From: Folioceros fuciformis
Taxonomy: Eukaryota
Reading direction: 5' to 3'
Assembly (NCBI GenBank): GCA_049999805.1
Contig: JBNGIO010006257.1
Coordinates: forward strand, 81,675 to 145,674
Length of the DNA: 64,000 nt
The notes under the pieces were generated by a model. It saw nothing but the letters and a program-made list of their open reading frames with translations, was not told the DNA's origin and did not search any database. The translations under genes and the position numbers were made by a program. Positions 50,827 to 64,000 of the stretch are shown one piece after another (the stretch's first letter is position 1; every line of letters begins with the position of its first letter).

Positions 50827-51595
50827 TCCAGCTACTGGTTGTCGAATACACTATCTGTCCATATCCCGGCCGTGCAAACGAATCAATCGACAGCTCTCCC
50901 ACTTCCGATCACAGCCACTCCGGTTCGTGCCGCCTTCCGATCTGGAGCCTTCCCGATGGGGTGAAACTGAATTAGGCCATCCCTTCACAGCCATTCCAGT
51001 CTCCCGCTTGCCAGCTCATACCTCCTGAGCTCACCTCAACGATCCGGACAACGAACATGTCAAACACGCAAGGCCCCCTAAAACGCAGGACATGCACAAC
51101 GAAATCGCAAGCTATGTACAGGGATCGCTGCAAACCGGGAGCCAGCATGGAATTGGCACCAAAACCTCATCGTCCGCGAGATTCTTCACATCGAAGCCTG
51201 CTCCCCCTCACATCCCACAGGCGTCAACCTGGTTTTGCCTCGACGCAGTCTTCACGATCGGCATCCCCGGTTACCCGTACCCTGACCCTAGGGCCAGAAT
51301 ATCCTGCGACTTTAAGGCGTTGCGTTGGAGTGTGTTGGGACTGGTTCATCTCACTGCTAACGACAATCGGTGCTTTCCTGGTGTAGGGCCAGTGAGTATC
51401 GAACCCGCGATCTCCATACCTCGGTGGACTCATTACCCTATCTCTCATCATAATTTCGGCGCTGGTACAACTCTTTCCCCGGTTTCCTGACCTGAATTAG
51501 CCCAACGGCCGAAGGGAAGATTTCCAATGACCCAAGTTTCTCAGGGTCCCGTGCAGATTCCAAATTTCAAGGTACTTGGAGGACACAGACATCTA

Positions 51596-54500
51596 TTATC
51601 CTACAATGCAAACGCCGATGCAAATGCAAATTTCACAACAGAAGCAAGTGGAATGATAACTTTAATCCAGGGGGCCTGGAAACAGCATCACCGTGCAAAT
51701 ACATACACTTGCTGCAAAAAAGAGAGGAGTGAACCCACCTCTCCGGCCTGCACCCCCACCTACACCACCTCCACCAGCACCTGTGCCTTGCCCGATAGCA
51801 GCACCGGGTGGCTTGTTAGATAGACGCCGCTTATATCGTTTCAACACAGATGCCAAGTTCTCTTTCCCTTTAGGAAATGCAACATCTCCGGCAGCTGTAC
51901 CAGTGCGTCCTTTGCGATGCCCCACTGCTAATTCCACGTCTTTGATGATGTCCAAGAACATGGAGGCACTAGCACCCTTACCCTGGACAGCACAAGCGGT
52001 ATTCTGTCCCCAAAGTGCGCTGCCGTGAGCATTTTTAGGTGAGTAACCGTTGGAAGGTGAGAAAGCGTTGATGTGTTCCAGCCCTTCATAGTCTCTCGCA
52101 CTACCTAGTCTGCCAAGGGATGTTCGCTTCACTCCATTTTCCAGTGCCCCAAATTCTTGCAGACACAGACAAGGCAGTGGGACCTGCCGTGGTTTCCCGA
52201 AAGCTGGTTCAAGGATACCCTGCAACCGAGGTAGTTTTGGTCAGCATAAGCTCCTCACACTGTGTATGAACAGATTATAAGTGAGTGGCAACAAGACTTG
52301 ATACCTGAAGGCGGTTCAACACGTATGTGTATTTCCCCCACAGTTCTGGCCTGCTCTCCATCACAGAAAGCTCCAGGACACGATGAACACACCACACTCC
52401 AAAGCTGAGCAGCAGTCCCTTGTTCCAAACACATTGATCGCCACAACGAGGAATGGCACTGTTTCCAAAGCTAACTTCAGGACTTTTCTTTACTGGGACG
52501 CCCACAGACCGACCGTAGGTCTGCCAGTGCTGCTGGTCGCTGCAAATTCTTTTGAGTGAGTCAGAGGCTAACCTCTGATATGCAGCAATGGAAGCAATGA
52601 GGTCCTGGTCTGAGCCACCACTGTCAAAGCGAAATAGCCAATCTGAACCTTCCAGCTGTGACAGCTTGACAAGACATGCCTTGAAACCCTCCAGCATTTC
52701 TACTTCAAAGTCAGTTGCGCCAGCACTCCCACTCGGAGGAGCATAAGTTATACCAGAGCCATCCATTCCAAGAGTTCTACTATCCAAGGAACTCTCTGTC
52801 GTTCCAAAAAGTTGTTCAAAGGGCTGCGTCGACCAAAGGGACTGATTTCCGGAATCTGGCATTGTCTGTGTCGAGAAGTTTTCTTTGGATGACCGAGCTG
52901 GTGAGATTTCATCGAATGGCAATAGGACCCTAGGCTCAGTACCAAACCCTTCCTCCCTAAGTGCAGAGCCACCGAACGTAGCAGGACGTGTACCCTCAGT
53001 CCACTGAGAAACTGAGTCGAATTGATGTGACATATCCAGTTCCCCTGTGGCTCTAGACACGAGCGGATCCCATCGGCCCGTGGCCCTGCTCACAAGAGGG
53101 CTCCACTGAGGGAACTCATATTCTGATGGCGGAAAGCTGGAATCATCTACATTCGACTGGCCTGCTTCTCTTGGATATCGCATATCAAGGTACATGGGTC
53201 TTGCTTTCACTCTGGGAGAGACAGGGCTACTACTTGGGCTAGATCGATTCATAAATGAAATACTTTGACATCCATGAATCGTGGCAGGTTGGTGGTCATA
53301 CTCCTCACGAGGTGCAGGAAGCTTCATACTGGAATAAGGGCGTTCAGTCCTGAGAAGTCCACTCCTGCCCAGCATATCAGGTGAAAGTCCAAATCGAGAT
53401 GATGTTGACGCTGCTGCATAAGTGTGTGCACGCAAATATGCATCCATGCGGCCCAGCTGGTCAGAGAACGTCTGTGTTTGCCAGGATTTCTTGGGCTGCC
53501 TGGGAGCAAATGACTGCAGGTCACTCCTTTCGTTCCCATTCTGCTGTCTTTGTTTCACCGCCGTACCATGCTTGGTGCTAGGTGGCCCTACTGGCTGCCC
53601 ATGGAGGTCAAAAATGTTGCCCCAAAATTCATCGAGGATTGCAGCAAATTGCCGCCGAGCCGCCCGGCCAAATCCTGAAAGTCTGGATAGACTACCACTG
53701 CCACTTCCGCCCCCACTACCTTCACTGGTGTCACTTCGGCCCCCAACACTTCGTCCTGACCCGGGGCCATCATATGCCAGGGAGGGGAGACTTCCACTAC
53801 GGCCAGGAAGGACCACTTCTTCGGGCCCTAGATTCTCCCAGGCATCTGCTTCCTCGTGTGTGTCTAGCAAGTCCAACTCCGCATCAAGACCTACCTCTGC
53901 ATCCGCCTCTGCCTCCGAGTGCTTCAATATAGAAGAATCGATGTCCTCCTCCTTCAAGTCACGCATCAGGCTCTCACTCTTACTGATCACACTCCCGAGG
54001 ACAGACCCTGCTGGCGACTGTGCAAGGGGTGACGGCCCTGGTGTTGAAGTTGAGCTTGTAGACGAAAGGGACTCCTCGAGGAAACAGTCGTCACAACTGA
54101 ACACAGGAGGTCGCTTCAATCCTTCTGGTTCAGAGTCTGCCTCAATGGTCAGATTGGGTGCAGACTTTGATGGCACAGCATAACCATGAAGTCCCTGGAT
54201 AGAATCACCTATGCCCCTTGACAGTGAGCCTTCTTGAGAAGAGGTTGGACAATTGCTGGAAGGCAGATCAGGACTCTTCTCATGGTGTGCCAGTTCACGT
54301 TCAGCACAAGGAGCAAGATCCCGTTGTGTTGCATTTATTTCACATCCAGTTAACCCCTCTTGTTTTGAAACAGTTGCTCCTTGTATCCTTTCATATTCCT
54401 CAATCCACAATTGCCTCCGCAGCTCTTGGCTCTCAACTCGAAGAGGAGTTATAGTCATCCAGACCAGGAAACCCACTGACATAAATACTGCAACTAGCAT

Positions 54501-56368
54501 CGTAGAAAACAAGGCAGCTTGTCCTGTCTCTGCCCATGTCAGCGACCACCACTCTAGGTTTGCTACTGTCTCCCAACTTGCAAAATTGACCCACTCATCA
54601 CTTTCTCCGAAAAGCATGTCGGAGACAAGCCACATGTCCAGAAAGAAAACTATACCTACTGTGATCCAAGCTAAAGATTTTACAGCAGCAGCATTTTTGT
54701 GGGCACCCATATGGGCACCAGATGACGTTATCTTAATCAGGGGGACTACAGCAAAAGGAAGCTGCAGGGCAAGAAAGACCTGCGAAAAAATCAATAATTG
54801 ATATGTCCCTTGACTGCCTGTTCTCCAGACACACACAGCTGCAGGAATAATAGCTGCGAGTCGTATACAGAATCGATGGACCCACCCATGCATTTTGGCC
54901 TGAAGAAACCCCTCCAGAGCTACTTGCCCTGCTACAGTTCCTGTGAACGCTGAGAGCTGGCCCGCACATACCAACGCTAAGCCAAAGACTGCTGGTGCCA
55001 TGGCATTGTCCAATATCTGCAGACCCACACCAAGGGTTCACATTCCAGAGGACACAGCAGGTCTTGCTGATAGCTACCAAAAGACACAAATGCAAAGTTC
55101 AGCAATCAAGCCAGACCTAGTCAGCTACAGCATGCACGTGTCCCTTACAAGTTCCATGAGTGCATGGGCATCTTGAAGGGTAAGAACCACACGCCCAGCG
55201 TTGTGGAAGGTGGTGGCAGCCACCATGAGAACCACCAGGTTGACAATGAGAGCTGCACCAAATGCAACTGCAATATCTACAAAATTGTACCTACAAAGAG
55301 CATCAAACGAACCCCTCCACCTCTCCCGTCGACCCTGCAGTGTGGGAATCGCGCAGGCGAGTTAGAGTAGCTTCCAGCCTTGAAGCATACGATCGTGTGG
55401 GATATTCGCACCTGACCGGAAGGAACACCCTGAAACGTAAATTACCTGAAGAAGAGAAGAATGCAGATACAAGTTGTGGGGCATGATATTTGCGCCAAAC
55501 AAACTGACTACAGTGTACAGGCTCTCCCGCCTCAGCCTGGGTACCAACCCGGACACGACCGCAGCCATCGGTGGATTGCTCAGCAGGATATGAAGAACAA
55601 AGCAAAGCAGCACGAGTCCAATAACACACACCGACGCCATCTCCGCCTTCCGAACACCCTGCAAGATAGGAACGCTACCGGCTCAGTACATATACGAACA
55701 TCCATGTTACATTTAATTGAGCACCAGAAAGTGCAAAAACAAGACCTTCGTACCAGTAAGGGCAGAATCAACAGGTAGAGAACCGCATCGGCTGCCATAA
55801 GAAATATACTGGAAAGCATGGGAAAATGCAGGAGAAGGTCCAAGCCGATAGCAGTCCCCAACACCTGAACACACAAACATCACAATTCAGTCCACCAACC
55901 CTTACTCACAAGACATAACCTCCAATTCACATTATGGGGCAGGACATCACCATTGTCAAGTCTTGAGCTACGACGGACATCTCGCACAGAATCCACATAA
56001 ACAGGGACGTCCCTCTTGGATACTCCTCCCTGCAAATCTGCGCTCGGAATCACGCCAATGTCAGTAAAACCCCACTGCACCCGGCCATACACGCATGTGC
56101 GCTCGCGGAATACAGTGAGCAATCAGACGCTTCTGCCCACCTGAGCCAGGTGCTTCCCCGTCACCAACCCTAACCGGGCGGCCAAAGTCTGCAGAAACAA
56201 CGCCATGACGTTGGCCAACACCAACACCCACACCAGCTCGTACCCGAATCGTGATCCCCCCTCAATGGCCGTTGCCCAGTTTCCGGGATCCATATACCCC
56301 ACTGAGACCAGAAATGCTGGCCCCAGAAACGGCACAAACGTGGCCACGGCTGCCTGGACCCTGTCCAT
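51596..56368 (-). CDS. EIN2: Ethylene-insensitive 2 (Nramp-like N-terminus + CEND)
   Basis: [139 protein letters not shown]. The stop is at 51596-51598 if a final intron is spliced, otherwise at 51662. Confidence 0.97.
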
Positions 56369-56769
56369 GGCCAGGCCCACGCCCTCAAGTCTCAAAAAGC
56401 CAAGGACTATCGTCACGCCCAGCGCTCCATCCTCCTACCCTGTTGCACACACACACTTTCCTGCTCCTGCTCTTGCTCTTTCTCTTTCTCTTGCTCCTGC
56501 TCCTGCTCCAGCTGGGCCCGTCTCGCCTCCGCCCGTCTCTTGCTGCAGACACGATCTGATTTAACCCACATTGTGTACCCGAATTCCGCAGCCAGGCGAG
56601 CTAAGATTCCCCGTCGGACTTCTCCGCCATCAGCAGCTGCCGCTGCCTCGTATAACACCGTCCACGCGTGTCCGGGCAAATCCGATAGCGATCATCCACC
56701 GGCCCCCGCTGTTCTGGCTTCACTCCCACTTGCACTATTGGGAGAGCAATGTATCTTTGCATGTGGCGT

Positions 56770-56830
56770 GGGTTCGAACCCCCGACTCTGGACTGGCTCG
56801 AACCCCCGACTCTGGACTGGCTCGAACCGG
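56770..56830. repeat. About 26-bp tandem repeat (GGYTCGAACCCCCGACTCTGGACT) in the EIN2/maspardin divergent intergenic region
   Basis: Two full copies plus a partial third. Confidence 0.8.
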
Positions 56831-56952
56831 AAGTCCCAGTTCAAACCCGCGGCCTGTGTTCCAACCATCCTCTGCAGTTTGAACCCTAAGCACCAGCATG
56901 ACACCGCATCATCGTTTTATCTCACCATGGTTTACATGGATTCTGTCTTATC

Positions 56953-58929
56953 ATGCCGCATGTCCCTTTCCCGGGAGCCGCCAACGCTGAGGGCGGCATG
57001 GTGAAGAAGAAGCGGGAGCGGCATCATGCCGCTGTGGTAACGTCGCCCGGAGATTACGTTCATTTCAAGGCCATCGTCCCGCTGCGCCATATCTCGGTGG
57101 GCGCAGCTCGGCCGCGTTTCGTGGGCTGTTTTTTTTTTCAGCTCAATTTTGGTGCATGCATGAATTTTCAAGTAGCCTGGATCATGCAGATAGGGACTAA
57201 GCAGTGGCGGTATTACGATTTCGGGCCCAAGACTGTGCCCCCACTGGTTTGCCTTTCCGGCATAGCTGGCACAGCTGACGTGTTTTACAAGCAGATTTTG
57301 TCTCTGTCTTCCAAGGTGAGTTTTGTAGGAGGTGGTTTTGGGTGGAATCTGCTGTGGATTTGTGCAGGGAGCCCTGCCAAGATGGGAAAGTGCATTCTGA
57401 CTGCGGATCTGTACTCAGGGTTATCGGCTGATCGCTGCAGATGCACCATCGGTTTGGAGCCACCAGGAGTGGGTTACTTCGTTCGAGAAGTTTCTGGACG
57501 TTCTTGGAGTGCATCATGTAAGGTTGGCGGGTTTTGCTGACTTGGGAATTGGGAAGGTTTGTGATGCTGGGATCATCTGTTGATGGGTGGTCCTGGTTGG
57601 GTTTCTGCAGGTGCATCTCTATGGTACCTCGCTGGGTGGCCTTCTAGCTCAGCTGTTTACACAGTTTCGTCCTCGGCGTGTGAAGTCGCTGCTGCTGTCC
57701 AACACGTTTTTGGATACGCAGACTTATCATGATGCCATGACATGGCACTCGCTGTGAGTAAATTGCCTGCTTGGAGCTGGTAGGCCCTTGGCTGCTTGTG
57801 TGAGCTAGAATCGCTCATGGTAAGGTTTTTTTTTGTCTATGCAGCATAAATTGGACTCCTGAATTTCTTCTCAAGAGGTATATTCTGACGGGGATTCAAG
57901 ACGGAGTTCATGATCTTCTTATTGCGGATGCTATTGACTTCGTGGTCAGCCAGGTTGGTGGAGCATAATCTATGTTGTTTGTGTTCTGTGTCTGGTGCTT
58001 GTTAGTGAGGGATGGATGTTAGCGCCTTAATTTTCTTGTTGGGGAATGTTGTAGTGTGGTTAACGATGAGATGAGCTCCTTAGTGGCATGTGTGCAGTCT
58101 TGAGTTTCTAGGCTGACTTATCTTCGATCTTTGAGTTGTGCAGCTTGAGAATGTGACCCGGGAAAAGCTAGCTTCAAGTCTCACTCTGAATTCTCAACCT
58201 ATTTCGGTCGGACAACTTTCACTGCCAGACTCAACCATCACCATAATGGATGTGAGTCAGTTGAGATTCGTCCCGTCCATGGATGCGGGCATGTTTAGAG
58301 AAAGGATTTAGAATAGGAGACAGACGTGTTTCTTTCGTATGTTCGGAACATGATGATGTTTGAATCTCCAGCTGGTGTTTGTGGTTCTGCAGACAAATGA
58401 TTACTGTGCTATACCTCAGCTGTTGAAAGACCAAGTCCTTGCCCGATATCCTGGAGCCAGACGTGCGCATCTTAAGACGGGTGGAGATTTTCCTTTTCTG
58501 TCAAGACCCGATGAAGTTAATCTCCATGTCAAGGTCTGTACGTTTGGCTGGAGCGATGACGATAATGGGGCCTTGGTTGATGGGACGGCATTTTGGTGAC
58601 GTGGTTATTGGGTCTTTTAACAGCTCCACTTGAAGCGTGTTGGAGTTGAAGGCACTGAGTTAATGGAGGCTGAGGAAGCACTCTCAAGAGATGATCAAAA
58701 TGGCGTTTCAGGAGTCGGTGAAGATTTCCATATGCAGCATGAGGATCAGGCTTCAAGGAGGAATGGGGGCCTGACATCAAAAGAACCACATGGTCCTTAC
58801 GCTGGTAACGGAGGAATTTCTCTTGCTCAAGACGTCTCATCATCAGAAGGTGAAATTCAACACGGTAAGCAGCCATCTCATCTTCTGGTTAGTGGCTATC
58901 CGCACAAGCATTCCAAATCGTTTCAGTGA
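56953..58929 (+). CDS. Maspardin (SPG21/ACP33-like) alpha/beta-hydrolase-fold protein, multi-exon
   Basis: SPGDYVHFKAIVPL, QWRYYDFGPKTVPPLVCLSGIAGTADVFYKQI, VHLYGTSLGGLLAQLF, NWTPEFLLKRYIL, YPGARRAHLKTGGDFPFLSRPDEVNLH. Start may be 56953 or 56998. Confidence 0.9.
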
Positions 58930-59678
58930 AGCCTTGGTGGCTGCTCTCTTCCAGAAACCGACAGACGAAGTCGCTCCCACCCAAGTTTTCTGGACGAGTA
59001 CAATGGTTTTGGAGACTTCAGTACTGTGTAGTCGCCGTTGCCCTAGTAGGTGTGTTGTAACGTTTCTCTTAAATTTGTACAACTTCGCAGTTCGTATGGG
59101 AGGGTGCCAATGTGGTGTGGAGACCGCCATCACCTCCTGGCCATCTAGTATGCTGGGTGGCGTCAGGTAGAGCCTTGGATATCAAACTCCCATCCTGTAT
59201 CTTGAGCTCTGAGTTGGGTGAGTTGGGCCGTGGGGAGTGGTCCCTTTTTCGCTTGATGCGCAACTCAATGTATATATCCAAGTTTTTCCACTGCTGTGGT
59301 TGAAGCTAGCTCAACTCAGTCGGGAGATGGAAGCGAGCTTCAGCAGATGGACCATGTAAAATAAAGAAGAGTCTTTTTTGGTATCGGATATTCTAGGCAC
59401 AGAAAGCAAGCAACCTTGGTTTTTGTGTGAGGTGATCGAGCGGCATGGCCATCATACGATCTAGAATATCACTTACGGTACTGTATGTGAATGTGCATCT
59501 GGACGATTTCCTGGATGGCACATGGCAGTAGAAGGACTAGTGGAGCTGCCTGACTTCCGGCCGAGCTTCTAACCCGAGTTGGGTGAGCAGCAGATGTATC
59601 TGGTTCTGTATCTGGCCCTGTGGAACTTTATTCCATCCTGTGCAGGTAACAGGTGCAAAGTCCATCGGTTCGGACGCC

Positions 59679-60966
59679 ATGGTGGCCGTGGAGAGAGTGG
59701 CAGATGTGTCCACCATCGAAGAGAGGCTGAAGAAGTTGAACTTGGACCCGAGCTTCGTGGTGGAACCGGAGCATCGCCCTCGGCCAGAAGTGCGACGCAA
59801 TTCGGAGAACTTGGAGAAGGACAACATACCGGTAATCGATCTGAGTCCTCTGTGGGGCGGGTTGCAGAAATTGATCGGAGACGCTGCAGGATTTGCCGCA
59901 GCTGCAGCAAAGGAGCCAGCGCTGGAAGAGCTAGTTGCGGAAGTGGGCCGGGCCTGCGAGGAGTGGGGCTTCTTTCAGGCGGTGAACCACGGTGTGCCGC
60001 TTTCCCTGCTGGACGAGCTGCAGGAGGTGAGCCGCCAGTTCTTCAGCCTCCCCCTGGCAGAGAAGCGGCAGGTACGGCGCACCCTGGAACGGCCCCTGGG
60101 CTACTACGACTCAGAGCTCACCAAGAACAAGCGCGACTGGAAGGAGGTGTTCGACTACTCGTGCAGCGGGAGCGTGGAGATTCCTGCCGGGCTAGAGGGG
60201 GACGAGGAGGTGTCGCAGCAGATGATCGTGGTGGAAAACCAGTGGCCGGCCAATCCCCCCGGCCTGAGAGAGGCTTGCGAGAAATGGAGCAGGGCTGTGG
60301 AAAGGCTGGCTTCCGACCTGGTGGGTGTCATCTCTCTGAGCCTGGGCCTCCCCTTCTCGCAATTCCATCAACACTTCGACCAGGGCACTAGCGCCATCCG
60401 GTTGAACTACTACCCCAAGTGCCCAGTCCCGGACCTGGCTCTGGGTGTCAGCAGGCACAAGGATTCCGGCGCTCTCACTGTGCTGGTGCAGGACGAGGTG
60501 GGCGGGCTCCAGGTCCGGCGCAGCGACGGGGAGTGGATCTCCGTTCAGCCCCGCCGAGATGCCTTTGTCATCAACGTCGGTGACTTGTTTCAGGTAAGTC
60601 TCACGTGCGATCGAAGGCTGGAAGGAAGGAAGGCTGTGGCTGTGGCTGTGGTTGTGGCTTGTGCACTAGGAAAGGATTTTTCGTCATGCTTGGGATGTCA
60701 CGTTGCAGGTGTGGAGCAATGATCGTTATCGTTCTGTGGAGCACCGGGTTGTGGTGAATGAGAATCGCGAAAGGTTTTCCTTCCCACTCTTCTTCAACCC
60801 GTCCGTCCGAACGGAGGTATCTCCAGCGCCGCAACTGCTCGACGCCAACCACCCTCCTAATTACCGCACTTTCAACTGGGGTTTTTTTCTCGTGTCTAGA
60901 AACAACGGGAATTACGAGCAGCTGGGGGAAGATATACAAATCCACCACTTTGCCGCACAAGCGTGA
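59679..60966 (+). CDS. 2-oxoglutarate/Fe(II)-dependent dioxygenase (DOXC class), 2 exons
   Basis: IPVIDLS, ACEEWGFFQAVNHGV, KRDWKEVFD, RLNYYPKCP, HKD...H (EHRV) iron triad and RFS 2OG motif. Exons 59679-60593 and 60709-60966. Confidence 0.95.
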
Positions 60967-61267
60967 GTGATTTTCATTTCTTACTCGCGGCGCGCCACTT
61001 TCCTTACCATATACAGATAGAGTGGTTTGTATCTACAAGGTGTATAGTCATCTCACATTTTACACTTCACATAACAAACGCCATGATGATAGCTTTTGCT
61101 CACAAAATCTCGTCTCCCTCTCGGAATAGAAGAGCAGCCCACCCGGGAAGGATCCGATCCTCCCTTAGAGTAGGAAAATGTCATGAACTGAAAATTTGCC
61201 CTCATGGGCACGGGCACGGGCACGGGCACGTGCTACACTACACTAAACGAGAATGTGATGCACTATA

Positions 61268-64000
61268 CTACAGTCGAAGAATAGTTCGAAGGGTATCAGA
61301 TAGATTCTCTATAATCTGTTGCTCCTGAACTGCTTGTGCGCCCTTCAGAGGCATTTCTTCATAACACCTGTAGGTTCACGTTGAGAAAAGGCCCAAAACA
61401 CTTCCCTTGAAAACAACAAGCAGTTCTGAAGACACATCTGGCAAAACTCACATATTGTGATAAGCTAAAGCTCGGGCGAGGTTGGGCAACGTTGTGCTAG
61501 TCGCAAGACGTTGGTATACACCTGGAGGCAGTGGTGCCTGCGCATAACGAGATAACTATTGATGCCATTGTGAACTTCAGCGGACGACACCGTAACGTCC
61601 ATACAGGACAATTTGGCGGTTACCAGGACAAGCATACCTCAGTGTTGGTAACCTTCCGACCCTTCCGAAGTTGAGCATCAGCAAAGCTTACGCCATTACA
61701 CAGCTCCTGGACAGCTTCCAACGCTATACCTCCACTTTGATCGGTTCGGCCATCACCAGAACTATTTGACAGCAGCGCTATTGGAGATATGTCTGTTGCT
61801 TTGAGAAATGGAATAGGAACAATATTGCCCGCTGCATACACAGAACTCAACTGCATGCAAATAGACTGATAATCAGCAAAAACCCAATTCGGCAAAAAAA
61901 CCAGTAGTACGAGAGAAGAAAGATTTTCAAACGCCAGGGCACCTTATCCTGTAAAGAGAATCCTTGTCGAACCAGGGCTGAACTACCCTGTGGGGTGCTC
62001 ACTGTAGTGCCAGTCCCCAACGTACTTCCTTTTTCCCCAAGCCTGAAAGTATCAAGAAGTGGGGAAGGTATGTCGGAACCAGAAGTGGAGGATGCAGACA
62101 CTTGAGCCAATTCTACTTGCAGGCTTCTGCCTGGCTTGGCTGGTGTGACACTCTGACCTACGAAACTTTCACCCCTGCAGAGGAAAAAAGAAAAAAGCAT
62201 CACCAAGTTAGCAAAAAACTGCAGGGATGCAGCTTCACAGCGAGATACCATCCACTCTACCTCATCCAACGTTTCATACCTCTCCTCCAGGTTGTTTTGG
62301 ATGACCACCGTTCCTGATAATACAGTTGCATCCACTCGCTGCAGAGTCCCCGTCTTATGCACAACGGTTGTTCCAAAATCAACATCTGGAAAGAGAACGT
62401 CATTTCGTTGCATCAACAACCTATCTTCATATTTGACGCCCTTGGACAAATAGCACAAGGGAAGTCCAGAAAATCTTCTGGCCAGCGCTTACCATCACCT
62501 TCTTCCGACTCCGTTTGACGAGCTGTGACATCTGGGTCCTCTGGTGTGGATGACTTCAGAAGCGTATCTGCACCTGCCCTCACAAGAACGGTGCCCCCAA
62601 AGGTTTCGTTCATTTTCACTGTCTGGCCTTTCTCCCATGACCATTGCTGCAGTGCACAGACAGCTACCAGGGTTAGAGAGGGACCAACACCCAGAATGGA
62701 GCGCAATGAAAGAATCTTTGGGATAACTAGTCAACAAAGATGAATTGAAACGCCTCAGTCACAAGGTACTCAAAGAACAGCAGCTCACCCCACCACCTGA
62801 TGACACAGTCCCTTGCTTTTTCTCCAAAGCAGCTTCGCGGGCAATCATCTCAATCCTAATGATCCGTGCCTTATCAATTCGTGGAAGCATTGCCGCAGCA
62901 TTAACCTTGCATTTTTCGATGAATTTGTGCTACAAAGCATATTTCACGAGTCAGTAAGACAGTGCCCCACAGCAAACCGCCACTTCTCCAATTTGAACAT
63001 CTGAACAGATCCACTACCTCGAGCATTTCAGTGGCTGTTGGTCGCAGCCGAGGCTCCTTTGAAAGACACTTAGCCACAAAATCATGAAAGACTAGGGACC
63101 TAAAACACGCAAGCAATCTCAGTTAAATATGAAAAGCTGCAGAGCAACTGGCAGATGGAAAACCAGAGATAACAGCATACCACTTTTCCTTATCCTCCAG
63201 CATCGGGGCAGGTTCGCTTGAAATCATAAACAGTACCTGAGGTAGCACAGGTAGAACCTCACTCTCTGAGAGTTTGTTCTTTTAGAAACAGAGCTCCAAA
63301 TAAGTTCACGAGCAATCATCACCAACTTACTCACTCTCATTGGATGAACATTTGACCGAGGAGGAAGCCCCTGAACAAAAAAGACACCTGGGCATGTTAT
63401 GAAGGACACATTGTGACATGATGAACCCCATGAAAACTGTTTTTCGCAAACAGCGAGAAGATACGATTTACTCACCTCGGCCATCTCAATCGCTGAAACA
63501 CCGAGTGCCCACACATCAACCTAAGACATGATTTCACAGAGGAAACAACTATTACCCAACGTTGCCCAGCTCTATACTTATTACTACTAGCACAACTAGC
63601 AGAATCAGACATACCTTTCCGTCATACCGGCTCTCTTGAATAACCTCAGGTGCCATCCAATGGGGAGTGCCAATAAACTACAGGATCCAAAGACAAGTGT
63701 AAGCTCTGGAACTGGGGAGTTCCCTGTACTACTACATCAGAATAAGCGTAATCAGTGCAGTTAAGGCACAACGCAAGCAAAATGGTGCCAACAGACCCCA
63801 GCAGAGCAGAAGAGGAAACAAGGGGTGTTGTGGTACAGACCGTGTTGCGCTTCGACATCGTTCTTGTCAACTGTGCAGCTACACCGAAGTCCCCTGGCAA
63901 CCAGAACACCGTGATCAATCATCCCATCAAGACGCCGTCCATAGCAGATGAACCATCAAATTTAGCAAATCCAACAAGTTAAGTTTTTGCTATGAAGAGG
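61268..64000 (-). CDS. Ste20/MAP4K kinase, SIK1-like, 3' portion (5' end beyond window)
   Basis: GDFGVAAQLTRTMSKRNT|FIGTPHWMAPEVIQESRYDGK|VDVWALGVSAIEMAE|GLPPRSNVHPMR|VLFMISSEPAPMLEDKEKW. C-terminal YAAGNIVPIPFLKATDISPIALL and ...ENLSDTLRTILRL* (TAG at 61268-61270). Confidence 0.92.

Noticed and set aside
51662-51740. Novel hydrophobic C-terminal tail on EIN2 ([20 protein letters not shown])
   Set aside because: A GTGGGT donor near 51738 and a TGTAG acceptor at 51601 suggest this is an intron, with the protein ending ...GRRG*.
56770-56850. tRNA gene
   Set aside because: Only B-box/T-loop-like motifs in tandem, with no A-box, anticodon arm or acceptor stem.

Overview
Eukaryotic land-plant nuclear DNA with compact GC-rich genes and mostly 70-150 bp GT-AG introns. 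This style suggests a non-seed plant such as a hornwort or other bryophyte, which is inference only. Bases 1-12.4 kb hold decayed Ty1/copia and Ty3/gypsy retrotransposons around an intronless SABATH methyltransferase. Host genes follow: a TPM-domain thylakoid protein, VPS8, an MBD8-like/C2H2 protein, a group III bHLH-ACT factor, an FBW2-like F-box, a single-pass membrane protein, EIN2, maspardin, a 2OG-Fe(II) dioxygenase and the 3' part of a SIK1-like Ste20 kinase. The most unusual part is an AT-rich, repeat-laden island at about 40.6-48.4 kb. It carries an intact five-exon RNase III + dsRBD gene (RTL-like, all four catalytic acidic residues present), a palindromic minisatellite, TTAGGG repeats and an AT-hook/Cys-His ORF. 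It sits head-to-head with the FBW2-like gene, whose Arabidopsis homologue degrades AGO1. This is a candidate mobile anti-silencing cassette, unproven. There are four N gaps (about 9390, 25493, 45654, 47098).
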